From positions 17,568 through 81,567 of the forward strand of contig JAJRUJ010000024.1 of assembly GCA_024277855.1 (NCBI GenBank): DNA of 64,000 nucleotides. The letters are read 5' to 3'. This document shows, piece by piece, positions 1 through 9,029 of the stretch (position 1 is its first letter; the number at the start of each line of letters is the position of its first letter). The notes beneath the pieces are model-generated. The model was not told the origin of the DNA and ran no database searches. It worked only from the letters and a program-made list of their open reading frames with translations. The translations under genes were made by a program, and so were the position numbers. The DNA comes from Candidatus Zixiibacteriota bacterium (GTDB lineage Bacteria > Zixibacteria > MSB-5A5 > WJJR01 > JAJRUJ01).

Positions 1-1176
1 GCTCATTTACTCTGCTGATTGCATAAGGGCCTTCCCCAATCCCAATATATGCCCCCGCCGCCAGATATATATTCTCAGCAAAATTGTACTCCAGATTGGG
101 CGACAACAATGCTGATTGCGTCGAATAATCTACCATTACCTGCGCCGATCCCGTCAACAATGGGGTGATCGTCCACGATACACCGGGGATGAGATAATAC
201 TCACCGAGCAGATAGACTCCGCCGTCGGTGAACGCCACGTTTTTCGATTGCGAGTGGTATGCCTGAAAATACTCGTCACCCGCTTGAGAATAATGGAATT
301 CGACATATCCGTATATGGTCGGACTCAGCGCCTGGTCGGCCCCGACCGTCAGCCGGAAATAGTCCAATCCACGGTCTCGACTTCCATCGGCCAACGCACC
401 GACAAATACCTGCGCACCCTCAAGCCAGACACTCGCCCCGCCGACTGAGCGGGTCAGGTCAAACCCGACCAGCAGGTTTTCCCGAAAGCCGATAACCATC
501 GCCGAGACATCGGTGTTGAGCAAATAATATTTCCCCCGTAAAAACATCGCACTCTGATCGAATGCAAAATCATCGCCAAACACCCAGCCGGCATCCAGCT
601 CACCCATAAAACCCAGCGGCATGCGCACCCGAACCGCATCCACCCCCAAACGATCTTCGGTGTCGAGTTCATCATAGGAATAGGGGGCGAGGATGTCGGT
701 GGGGTTGACCGACCGCGCCGATCCCCAGGCAATGGCCTGACGGCCGAGATAAAAATCGGCCCAGGGTAAATTGACCGTCAACAGCGCGCGGTCCAGATTA
801 TGAAACAACCCGAAACTCCGCACCGGCTCGCCTTCCCTGGGATAAATACGCGAATCGAAATCGACCGCCCGGTAAGCCGGCCGCCCGGTTCCCGTCAATT
901 GAAATAATTCATTGTCCTGGATACGAGGGGCGAGATTATACGCCAGGGTGAAGACGGCATACTTACAGGGGCGATATGCGAGATTCAGCCGGATTCGGTT
1001 TGTCACTGAGCCGCGCAACGGCTCGTCGGGGATCCCGGTAATTTTGGGCGTGTCATAGCCGATGAAAAAATTCTTATAATACCCGTCAATCTGAACATCA
1101 CCGGCAATGGCATCGGTGGTCTGCGAAAATAAGCCACCCAGCACCAGCATCAATATGACTATTCCCCGTTTCATTG
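1..1176 (-). CDS. Secreted or outer-membrane-type protein; the 3' part runs off the window start (start codon inside, C-terminus outside)
   Basis: Manual reverse-complement translation from the ATG at 1174-1176 ([22 protein letters not shown]...) is open to position 1. N-terminal signal peptide, then Y/G/D-rich alternating hydrophobic pattern typical of beta-barrel outer-membrane proteins. Not in the ORF track because no stop lies inside the window. Its start is 5 nt downstream of the ATPase gene stop. Confidence 0.5.
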
Positions 1177-1183
1177 CCTGCCC

Positions 1184-1888
1184 TCAGGATTCGCCGGTGT
1201 CCGAGTCGATCATCCCGTCTTTGAGCGTGATCAACCGCCGGGCGCGTTCCATAATCATCGTGTCGTGGGTCGAAAATAAAAACGTCATCCCGCGCCGTTG
1301 GTTCAACTCCCGCATCATATCCAGCAGCTCGGCGCCGGTTTTGGAATCGAGATTGGCGGTTGGCTCATCGGCTAAGATTAACGCCGGTTCGGAAACAATC
1401 GCCCGCGCCACGGCGACGCGTTGCTGTTGGCCGCCGGAAAGCTTGGGTGGGAGACGGTGGGCGAACCCCTCCAGGCCGAGTTCGGTCAAAATCGTATGCA
1501 CCCGTTCGCGACGTTCGTCTTTGGCGACCCCTTGCAGGAGCATGACATATTCAACATTTTCCTCCACAGTCAGCACCGGGATTAAATTATAGGCCTGGAA
1601 GATAAACCCGACACTGTCGCGGCGATAATCCGACAACTCCCGCCCGCTCATTGCCGAAAGCTCGCGACCGTCGAGCAGCACCTCACCGGAGGTCAGACTG
1701 TCCAAACCTGAAATGATATTGAGTAGCGTTGTCTTGCCCGAACCCGATGGCCCGACTAAAGCAGAGAACTCGCCGGATGTGATAGTGAAGCTGACCCCAC
1801 GAACGGCTTCGACGGGCACGCCGTTCTCGGCATAGGTCTTTCTTACGTCGCGGGCCACGATGACATCATGTTGTTCGTTCCCGGCCAT
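1184..1888 (-). CDS. ABC transporter ATP-binding protein, LolD/MacB family
   Basis: Walker [13 protein letters not shown] signature [14 protein letters not shown], Walker B ILADEPT, H-loop. Sits next to two FtsX permease genes. Confidence 0.9.
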   Translation of the reverse strand: MAGNEQHDVIVARDVRKTYAENGVPVEAVRGVSFTITSGEFSALVGPSGSGKTTLLNIISGLDSLTSGEVLLDGRELSAMSGRELSDYRRDSVGFIFQAYNLIPVLTVEENVEYVMLLQGVAKDERRERVHTILTELGLEGFAHRLPPKLSGGQQQRVAVARAIVSEPALILADEPTANLDSKTGAELLDMMRELNQRRGMTFLFSTHDTMIMERARRLITLKDGMIDSDTGES

Positions 1889-1898
1889 TTCCCACCTC

Positions 1899-3125
1899 CT
1901 ACATACTCTTGCGCATCGCGTCCGCGGGTGTCATCCGCGCAGCATACCAAGCCGGATATAATCCGACGACCACCGTGAATAAAAACACCCAAAAGGGGAA
2001 TACGATAAACTGTGACGGCGTCAGCACCGGGTAGAGCAACTTGCGGAACGTCACGCCGACAAACTCAATACCCGTATAATCAATCCCGACCTGGGATAAG
2101 ATATATGTGCCGACAAAGCCGATAATCCCGCCGATGATTATGCTGATAATCGCCAATGCCCCGGCTTCGTAGAGAATCAAGACAGCCATGCCGCCCGGCC
2201 GGGTTCCCACCGCACGTAACACGCCGAACTCGAACATTCTTTCATACAGCGACATAAACAGGGTGTTGATAATCCCCAGCGAGACGACGGCAAACAGGAT
2301 AATCCCGACAATTAATGTTGAGAGATCGGACATCTCAAAAGCCACCTTGATTTGCGGCAACAGCACCGTCCAGGCAACGGCTTCGTTGCCGTCCTCCGAA
2401 TATTCCGACCAGAATGGATGTTTTTCATCCATGCCGATGTCCGATTGCGTGAACTTCAGTACGATTTCATGAACCTGGCCTTCAAGCCCGAGGATTTCCT
2501 GCGCAACACCCAACCGGACGAAAGCCATTCCCCGGTCCATTTCCTCGACATTAAAGTGATAGATCCCGGAGATGCGGAACATTTCCTGGGCCAGGTCGCC
2601 GCTGTGGGCCTGGGCGGTTGTGAGAACCACCCGGTCGCCGATTTTCACTTCCATAATCTCGGCCAGTTTGCTGCCAATGACAATATCCCGCCGGTTGTCA
2701 CCGCTGAAATACTCGCCATCGGTAATCGCGTCGTCAACCTGGGAGAGGTATCGTTCGGTGGCGGGGTCGATGCCGACCACACTGATTCCGCTGACATTTA
2801 CCGGCGAGGCGATCATCCCGTATGACCAGACCCGCAGGGTGTATCGTTTGATTCGCGGGTCGTCGGTCAGCCGGGCCGTAACTGTGTCTAAGTCATTGAT
2901 CGTCAGGTCAACATCGCCGGTTTCACGGTATTTTTGCCGGTGGATTTGCCCCTCGCCGAGGAAAGACGATGTCGCCGTGGCGATCATATTGTCTTTCATT
3001 CCAAGGGTCAACGCATTGGTCATAATCAGCGAGGCCAGGCCCACGCCGATGGCGATACCGGCAATTAGTGTCCGTCGCTTGTTGCGAAACAGATTTCGCC
3101 AGGCGAGTTTAAAATACATCGACAT
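1899..3125 (-). CDS. ABC transporter permease, FtsX family (LolC/E-like)
   Basis: 408 aa: N-terminal TM helix, large periplasmic domain, C-terminal FtsX 3-TM bundle. Paired with LolD-like ATPase. Confidence 0.8.
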   Translation of the reverse strand: MSMYFKLAWRNLFRNKRRTLIAGIAIGVGLASLIMTNALTLGMKDNMIATATSSFLGEGQIHRQKYRETGDVDLTINDLDTVTARLTDDPRIKRYTLRVWSYGMIASPVNVSGISVVGIDPATERYLSQVDDAITDGEYFSGDNRRDIVIGSKLAEIMEVKIGDRVVLTTAQAHSGDLAQEMFRISGIYHFNVEEMDRGMAFVRLGVAQEILGLEGQVHEIVLKFTQSDIGMDEKHPFWSEYSEDGNEAVAWTVLLPQIKVAFEMSDLSTLIVGIILFAVVSLGIINTLFMSLYERMFEFGVLRAVGTRPGGMAVLILYEAGALAIISIIIGGIIGFVGTYILSQVGIDYTGIEFVGVTFRKLLYPVLTPSQFIVFPFWVFLFTVVVGLYPAWYAARMTPADAMRKSM

Positions 3126-3135
3126 CGCGTATTCC

Positions 3136-4356
3136 CTATTGCATCCGCATCACCCGGGCGGGAGCAGTGTGCGCTGCTTTGACCGCCGGAATGATACTCA
3201 CAGTCAGCGCAGTCACCAGGATGGTGATCGCTGGAATATAAAAACTCCGGGCGTTGATCTCCGAGGTCATGGTTGTGAATTCAACTCCGCCATAGGTCAT
3301 CGGCTCGAACCCCGAAATTCCATAAACCGACAGTGTATAATTGACCGCCAACCCCACGATGGTCCCAATGATCATACTGATAATCGCCATCATTGCCGTT
3401 TCGGTGAGGACTAGACGCACGATCAGGCCGCCCGGCGTACCGATGGCGCGCAACAGCCCATATTCGCGGCGGCGTTCCATGATATTCATCAACACGGTGT
3501 TTAACACGCCGACACCGACAATAATTATAATGATCCCCAACATGATCCAGTTGCCCCGCTGGTCGGCTTTCATCGCCGTATAAAACGCCCGGGCGAACTC
3601 CTGCCAGGGGGAGACTTGCAGTGTCGGGTCGTCCAGAGCGGCCTTGATGGCATTGGTCAACTCGGGGACATCTTTGAGCCGGTCGACGATTATCACCAAC
3701 TCGTGTACGCGGTTTTCCAGGACAAGTAACTCCTGGGCATCGGCTAAGTTAAGATAGAGTGTCGAACGGTCGGCCAGCTCATTACCGCTGTCGACCAGGC
3801 CGACGATCGGGTACAAATCATCGGCAATCGAACCGTCGGCGCCTTGTGAAACGACGACAATCGTATCACCGATCTCGGCCTTGAGTATTTTCGCCAACCC
3901 TTTGCCGATCAGCGATTCATGCGCGGGGGTCGCCGGAAGATTATTCCCGATGGTAATCTTTCGGGCAAAACCGGTGGTCCGGTCCTCGCGGGCCGGGTCG
4001 ATACCCACAATCTGTACCCCGGTACTTTTCTCGCCAACCGACACCAACCCGGCAGCATACAAACGCGGCGACCAGGCAGCAACGCCCTTCACCCCGGCAA
4101 TACGTTCACCGACTTGCTGATAATCATCGATGGTTGTATACAACGATGGCCGGTCGAGATACCCCACTCGATGTACCTGGATATGGCCGAGCTGGTTGCG
4201 GGTAAACAGGTCGATGATCGAATTATACGACCCATCGGAGAGGCCAAACGAAATAGCCGCCAGGGTAAAACCGCAAAACATCGTCAGCACGGTTAACACT
4301 GTGCGGCGGCGTTGACGCCAGACATTCCGCAGAGCAATTTTGAAAATCGTCTTCAT
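3136..4356 (-). CDS. ABC transporter permease, FtsX family (LolC/E-like), second paralogue
   Basis: 406 aa with the same architecture as the neighbouring gene. A paralogous pair is typical of LolCDE-like systems. Confidence 0.8.
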   Translation of the reverse strand: MKTIFKIALRNVWRQRRRTVLTVLTMFCGFTLAAISFGLSDGSYNSIIDLFTRNQLGHIQVHRVGYLDRPSLYTTIDDYQQVGERIAGVKGVAAWSPRLYAAGLVSVGEKSTGVQIVGIDPAREDRTTGFARKITIGNNLPATPAHESLIGKGLAKILKAEIGDTIVVVSQGADGSIADDLYPIVGLVDSGNELADRSTLYLNLADAQELLVLENRVHELVIIVDRLKDVPELTNAIKAALDDPTLQVSPWQEFARAFYTAMKADQRGNWIMLGIIIIIVGVGVLNTVLMNIMERRREYGLLRAIGTPGGLIVRLVLTETAMMAIISMIIGTIVGLAVNYTLSVYGISGFEPMTYGGVEFTTMTSEINARSFYIPAITILVTALTVSIIPAVKAAHTAPARVMRMQ

Positions 4357-4365
4357 CGATACTCA

Positions 4366-5133
4366 CTATTTGTTTGCCCGCAAATTCCTCAGGGAGAATA
4401 CATCGTCGGCCAACGGCAGATCAAACTCCGCTTTCAGGTAACGCATCACGGTTTTATGCCCTTTTTTGTTCTGCGGCACAATCTCCATCGTCGCCGGGAT
4501 TAAACGTTTGCCGAATTTGCGAATATCAGTATAGGTCCACACCCGGATCAATTTACCCTTCTCGTCATAAAATTTCTGCCAGACCGGGAGATAGTCGGCC
4601 TTGCGACAGGCGGTGACGATATTGCCCCAGACAACCGGCAAATCCTCACGGGGGATACAATTGACGTAATACTCGTCGTCGTTCCCGCCCTCGACCTCAA
4701 TTAATTCATAGGAATAGTCCTCGAACAGAGAAAACTCCTTGACCAGGTCATCATTGGTAAAATCCGACCCCATCCACGAACTCATCATCATCGATGGCGG
4801 AACTTTCATCACCTTGTTGACCTTGGGGAGATAGTTCCACATCTCGTTGTCAATCCGGAGCGTGGCCACACCTTTTTCCTTCTTGGGTGAAGTAATCCGG
4901 ACGAATGATTTGTCGGTACCTTCCGACCAGGCCTGCATCGACAGCGTGCGCTGCCAGTGAGGCGTGACTATCTCCATTTCCATCTCGGCATAACTCGACG
5001 AACTCCGGTAGAGCTGGTCGATTTTCCGGATAATCGCGTGGACATCGAGTGTCGAGTCGATCTCGGCACTGACCGGTGCCGCCACACACATTCCGATCAA
5101 TACCAGCAACAATCCTGTCGCATACTTTTTCAT
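4366..5133 (-). CDS. Outer-membrane lipoprotein-sorting protein, LolA-like family
   Basis: The ORF-track frame is 4366..5259. The likely start is the internal ATG at about 5133 (MKKYATGLLLVLIGMCVAAPVSA signal peptide), preceded by a GGGAG ribosome-binding site. Family hallmark region WMGSDFTNDDLVKE. First gene of the Lol-like operon. Confidence 0.7.
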   Translation of the reverse strand: MKKYATGLLLVLIGMCVAAPVSAEIDSTLDVHAIIRKIDQLYRSSSSYAEMEMEIVTPHWQRTLSMQAWSEGTDKSFVRITSPKKEKGVATLRIDNEMWNYLPKVNKVMKVPPSMMMSSWMGSDFTNDDLVKEFSLFEDYSYELIEVEGGNDDEYYVNCIPREDLPVVWGNIVTACRKADYLPVWQKFYDEKGKLIRVWTYTDIRKFGKRLIPATMEIVPQNKKGHKTVMRYLKAEFDLPLADDVFSLRNLRANK

Positions 5134-5209
5134 ACTCACCAACTCCCTTTTATAATACTCCGTCAAGCAATGCCCGGCAGAGTTTATCGGGCACTTTTGG
5201 GTCGGCCAG

Positions 5210-5521
5210 CTAAACCAGTCCCAGCGCCGCCTGAAACATGATCCCGTCGAGGGTGGCAATCATCACCGTAGCGGCAAACTTGCTGTCGACTTGTTTAAAC
5301 GACCCGTCCTTTATCCCCTGATTGATAATCCCACCGAGCGATTCGCACATATCGGTATACCATTTGCGGGCGTCGAACAAATGCGGTTGTTTCCGCTCGC
5401 GCGGCACACCGGCCGACCACAAATCAAACATCAGTTTGAGCCGCCATTTCGGCCGGGCAAAAAACTCGCACGAAAATGAATAATGCTGCCATAAAATGGC
5501 AAACTGAAACAAATAATTCAC
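5210..5521 (-). pseudogene. Relic of a TetR-family regulator (C-terminal ligand-binding domain only, no HTH)
   Basis: The C-terminal 60 aa (WYTDMCESLGGIINQGIKDGSFKQVDSKFAATVMIATLDGIMFQAALGL) resemble a TetR_C domain. The N-terminal 45 aa look non-coding. Only about 100 nt remain upstream before the next gene, so no room for the HTH domain. Confidence 0.35.
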
Positions 5522-5618
5522 GCCGGAGCCGACAACTTATTGCCTGTAAATGAGAAGGTTGTCATCAGGATCAATTGCCGGTCAAAGTAAAATTACGGGC
5601 CTGCCGTATAGCCCGATT

Positions 5619-6776
5619 TCAGCCCAAACTGAACGCCTGGTCCAGATCGGCAATCAAATCGTCGGCATCCTCGATCCCGACCGAAAGCCGAATCAGATTG
5701 TCGGTCAGGCCCTTCTCGGCGCGGATTGCCTCGGGGATCGAGGCATGGGTCATGATCCCCGGATGCTCGATCAACGATTCCACCCCACCCAACGATTCGG
5801 CGCACCGGAACAGTTTCGTCGATTTGCAGACTACGCGGGCTGCCTCAATATCGCCATCCAGATAAAATGAAACAATCCCGCCGAACCCGGATTGCTGCGC
5901 ACTCGCCAGTTCATAATGCGGATGAGAGGGGAGGCCCGGGTAAATCACCTGCTTAACCCGCGCATGCTTTTCCAGATAATGCGCAATGGCCAGAGCGTTT
6001 TTCTCATGTTGGCGCATGCGCAGGCCGAGTGTTTTCAAACCGCGCAAAATAACCCAGCAATCGAACGGCCCCAGACAGGCCCCTACCGCATTTTGCGAAA
6101 ACCGCAGCCGCTCGGCGAGTTTTTCATCCGAGGTAATCGCGCACCCGCCGACAGTATCGGCGTGGCCGCCGGCATACTTGGTCATCGAGTGGACCACAAT
6201 GTCGGTGCCGAACTCCAGCGGCCGTTGGAAACAGGGCGAAGCAAAGGTATTATCGACAACCGATATCCAGCCATTTCCCCGGCAAATGTCCCCCGCTTTG
6301 CGCAAGTCGGTAATCTTCAGTAACGGGTTGGTCGGCGATTCGATCCAGAGCATCCGGGTTTCCGGCCTGGCGGCGGCGGTGATCTCGGCCAAATTCGACG
6401 TATTCACATAGGTGTAATCCAGACCAAATTCGCGAAACACCGTTTCGAACACCCGGTAGGTTCCGCCGTAGACATCATCGGAGCAAATTACATGATCGCC
6501 GGATTTCAATAAAGTCATCACCGTCGAGATTGCCGCCATCCCGGAGGCGAAAACTATCCCGTGTGTGCCGCCCTCCAGCGAGGCCAGGTTACGCTCCAGC
6601 GCTTCACGGGTCGGGTTTTGGGTTCGGGTATATTCATAGCCGGTGTGCTCGCCCGGGCCGGACTGCACGTACGTCGAGGTCTGGAAAATCGGGACGGTGA
6701 TCGCCCCGGTAATCGGCTCTGGTTTCTGGCCGCCGTGGACGGCCCGTGTATCGAATTTCATTTCCCGGTCGTCCAT
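5619..6776 (-). CDS. Cystathionine gamma-lyase / gamma-synthase family PLP enzyme (trans-sulfuration)
   Basis: Cys/Met-metabolism PLP fold with SMTKYAGGH around the PLP-lysine. Track frame 5619..6815. Probable start is MDDREMKF at about 6776 or MKF at 6761, 7 nt after the upstream stop, with AAGGGA upstream. Confidence 0.8.
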   Translation of the reverse strand: MDDREMKFDTRAVHGGQKPEPITGAITVPIFQTSTYVQSGPGEHTGYEYTRTQNPTREALERNLASLEGGTHGIVFASGMAAISTVMTLLKSGDHVICSDDVYGGTYRVFETVFREFGLDYTYVNTSNLAEITAAARPETRMLWIESPTNPLLKITDLRKAGDICRGNGWISVVDNTFASPCFQRPLEFGTDIVVHSMTKYAGGHADTVGGCAITSDEKLAERLRFSQNAVGACLGPFDCWVILRGLKTLGLRMRQHEKNALAIAHYLEKHARVKQVIYPGLPSHPHYELASAQQSGFGGIVSFYLDGDIEAARVVCKSTKLFRCAESLGGVESLIEHPGIMTHASIPEAIRAEKGLTDNLIRLSVGIEDADDLIADLDQAFSLG

Positions 6777-6783
6777 CTTTAGT

Positions 6784-7755
6784 CTAAAATCCCTTCTCGC
6801 GCATCCAGTCGTCATTATAACACTTGGAAAGATACCGCGAACCCGAATCGGGGAGCAGCGTCACCACCCGGCCGGTGTCGGGATTATTCGCCAGCCACTT
6901 GAGCGCTCCGGTCACCGCCGAACCCGACGACCCCCCGGCAAACATTCCCTCTTCGGTACACAGCCGCCGGGTCATCAAAAACGATTCTTTATCCTCGACC
7001 TGAACCATGTCGTCGACCACCTCGAAATCCATTGCCCCGGTCAGTTGATCGTCGCCAATCCCCTCAACCTGATAAACAAACGGTTCAATCAGTTCTCCCC
7101 GCTTGAACCAGTCATAAAAAACCGACCCCTTGATATCCACGCCGATAATTTTAATTCCGGGGATTTTCTCTTTTAAGAAACGTGCCGTTCCGGACAATGT
7201 ACCGCCGGTGCCGACATCGGCAATGAAAGCATCGAGTTTGCCGCCGGTTTGTTCGAAAATTTCCGGCCCGGTCGAGTGGTAATGGGCCATGATGTTGTCC
7301 TCGTTGTGATATTGATTCAGATAAAACGCACCCGGTGTCTCCCGAACGAGCCGTTTGGCGGTTTCATAATACGATTCCGGTGAATCGGGGGGAACATCGG
7401 TCGGGGTAATCACCACTTCGGCGCCGTAGGACTTCAGCAAATTGACTTTTTCGGTCGACATCTTGTCGGGCATCGTAAAGATCGCCTTATATCCCTTGAT
7501 TGCCGCGGCCATGGCCACCCCCGCACCGGTATTGCCGGAGGTGTTCTCAATAATCGTCCCCCCGGGTTTGAGGCGGCCGTCTTTTTCGGCCTGTTCGATT
7601 ATGTACCAGGCCATCCGATCTTTGACTGAACCCGCCGGATTAAGGAATTCCGGTTTGACCAGTATTTCCGTATCAAACTCCGCTCCGATCCGTGTTAATC
7701 GGACCAGGGGGGTCTTGCCGATTGTCTCGAGGATGTTGTCTGCGATTTTCGTCAT
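6784..7755 (-). CDS. Cysteine synthase / cystathionine beta-synthase family (CysK/MccA-like, no CBS domains)
   Basis: PLP fold-II enzyme: GKTPLVRL, GNTGAG, GTGGT motifs. Track frame 6784..7827. Likely start MTKIADNILE at 7755. Confidence 0.8.
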   Translation of the reverse strand: MTKIADNILETIGKTPLVRLTRIGAEFDTEILVKPEFLNPAGSVKDRMAWYIIEQAEKDGRLKPGGTIIENTSGNTGAGVAMAAAIKGYKAIFTMPDKMSTEKVNLLKSYGAEVVITPTDVPPDSPESYYETAKRLVRETPGAFYLNQYHNEDNIMAHYHSTGPEIFEQTGGKLDAFIADVGTGGTLSGTARFLKEKIPGIKIIGVDIKGSVFYDWFKRGELIEPFVYQVEGIGDDQLTGAMDFEVVDDMVQVEDKESFLMTRRLCTEEGMFAGGSSGSAVTGALKWLANNPDTGRVVTLLPDSGSRYLSKCYNDDWMREKGF

Positions 7756-8090
7756 TGTCTGCTCACTAACATTATCGCCGCGTCTATACAGATTATATCG
7801 GATAAATGGCCGGGAACTGTCCGGCAATATTCCCCGCTTACCCGTCTCCAGGTTAAATTCAACGTCTCCGGCGGGTCAGGCGTTTGTGCCGGCCTCACGC
7901 CACGACAAATATCGACTACCTGCCCGACGCCACAAACGTAATTCTGGATTATTTAACGGGTACAGTCGATATAAGTCAATAACCATGACTATGTTGCCTT
8001 CCGAATACCGCCGATATAATCACCCGATTCGGCAATCGATACCTACGTATAATAAAAGTGGATGAATTATATCCTAATAATATTCAAACA

Positions 8091-8105
8091 AATGGTTACC
8101 ATTTC
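8091..8105. promoter_or_regulatory. Perfect inverted repeat AAATGGT-t-ACCATTT about 40 nt upstream of the Rrf2 regulator start; candidate operator
   Basis: Seen directly in an AT-rich divergent intergenic region between the cysK-like gene and the Rrf2 gene. A TATAAT-like hexamer lies at about 8047-8052. Confidence 0.3.
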
Positions 8106-8142
8106 GTATTCTATTGTGAAAACAGGCGAAAGGTGTGAAGAC

Positions 8143-8670
8143 ATGAAGGTCTCTGCATTAGAAGAATATGGATTGCGTTGCATGATCCAACTGGGTCGCT
8201 GCCAACCCGGCGCGTCAATGACCATCGGCGATATCGCCGAGCAAGAGGGACTCTCGGTGGCAAATGTCCGTAAATTGATGATGATTTTGCGCGAGGCGGG
8301 CTTGGTCAGGAGTGTCCGTGGGCGCTCAGGGGGGTATGTGCTCGCGGCGCAGGCAGAGAAAATTCCAGTCGGCCGGATTCTTGAATCGCTGGGCGGCCGC
8401 CTGTTCGACAAAGGATTTTGCGACCGATTTGTCGGCACAACCGGCGATTGCGCCAACTCACTATCGTGTACCCTGCGCTCGCTCTGGGCCATCCTGGACA
8501 GTGTGGTCGGCGGCGTCCTGCATCAGATGACCCTGGCCGAACTGGCCGGCGATGCTCGCTCGGTCAAAATTGCGCTGCATAACCATCTCGAGGCCTCAAT
8601 GAACCAGACCATCAGAAAAGAGGGCGCAGGCATCCCGCTGGAGCGGGTGTCAAAAACCCTCTCTCATTAG
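8143..8670 (+). CDS. Rrf2-family transcriptional regulator with 3-Cys Fe-S ligand motif (IscR/NsrR-like)
   Basis: wHTH DIAEQEGLSVANVRKLMMILREAGLV; C-x7-C-x5-C (CDRFVGTTGDCANSLSC). Start ATG 8143 chosen inside track frame 8062..8670 (MKVSALEEYGLRCM). Confidence 0.8.
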   Translation: MKVSALEEYGLRCMIQLGRCQPGASMTIGDIAEQEGLSVANVRKLMMILREAGLVRSVRGRSGGYVLAAQAEKIPVGRILESLGGRLFDKGFCDRFVGTTGDCANSLSCTLRSLWAILDSVVGGVLHQMTLAELAGDARSVKIALHNHLEASMNQTIRKEGAGIPLERVSKTLSH

Positions 8671-8697
8671 CTTTTTTGGCAGCAGACAGCCATACTA

Positions 8698-8916
8698 AAA
8701 CCGCCGATTACCTTGCTAAACGAAACCGATTCCGGTCTCGATATTGATGCCCTCCGGGTTGTCTCGCGCAAGATCGACCATGTTGTCGAATCCGGCACCG
8801 GCGTCCTGCCGGCATCCCATTATCAGCGCACTCTCAACGCCGGAATATTAAAGAGAACTCACACCCTTTATTATCGGTTAGCAGACAACTGGTGCAATCT
8901 CCGACCCGCCGGGTAG
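8698..8916 (+). pseudogene. Degenerate remnant of sufC 3' end (Fe-S assembly ATPase): Walker B / D-loop / H-loop region only
   Basis: PITLLNETDSGLDIDALRVVSRKIDHVVE...SHYQRTL aligns with the SufC region ILDESDSGLDIDALKVV...THYQRIL. It begins right after the in-frame Rrf2 stop codon. There is no Walker A or ABC signature upstream. Confidence 0.4.
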
Positions 8917-9029
8917 GGCGAAAGGACACTCGACCGGATACTTGACACCGGAGATCCGATGCTTAAATTGAAAGAACTGGTTCGAAATGCAAAAGATTCG
9001 GACACGAACGTGTCCGGCGGGAGGGTGTT

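Noticed and set aside
2572-3414. 280-aa and other plus-strand ORFs inside the FtsX permease genes (e.g. 2352..2825, 3881..4120)
   Set aside because: They are antisense to strongly supported genes in a high-GC genome. They show no domain signatures and have Arg/Ser/Pro-rich composition.
4366-5259. Full 297-aa track ORF for the LolA-like gene
   Set aside because: The first 42 residues (MPPSTGSCFRRRWDWFSW...) precede a typical signal peptide that starts at an internal Met with a GGGAG ribosome-binding site. I moved the start to about 5133.
7442-8065. 207-aa plus-strand ORF overlapping the cysK-like gene and the divergent intergenic region
   Set aside because: It is antisense to a well-supported PLP enzyme gene and runs through an AT-rich promoter region. 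It has low-complexity R/S/P-rich composition typical of spurious GC-frame ORFs.
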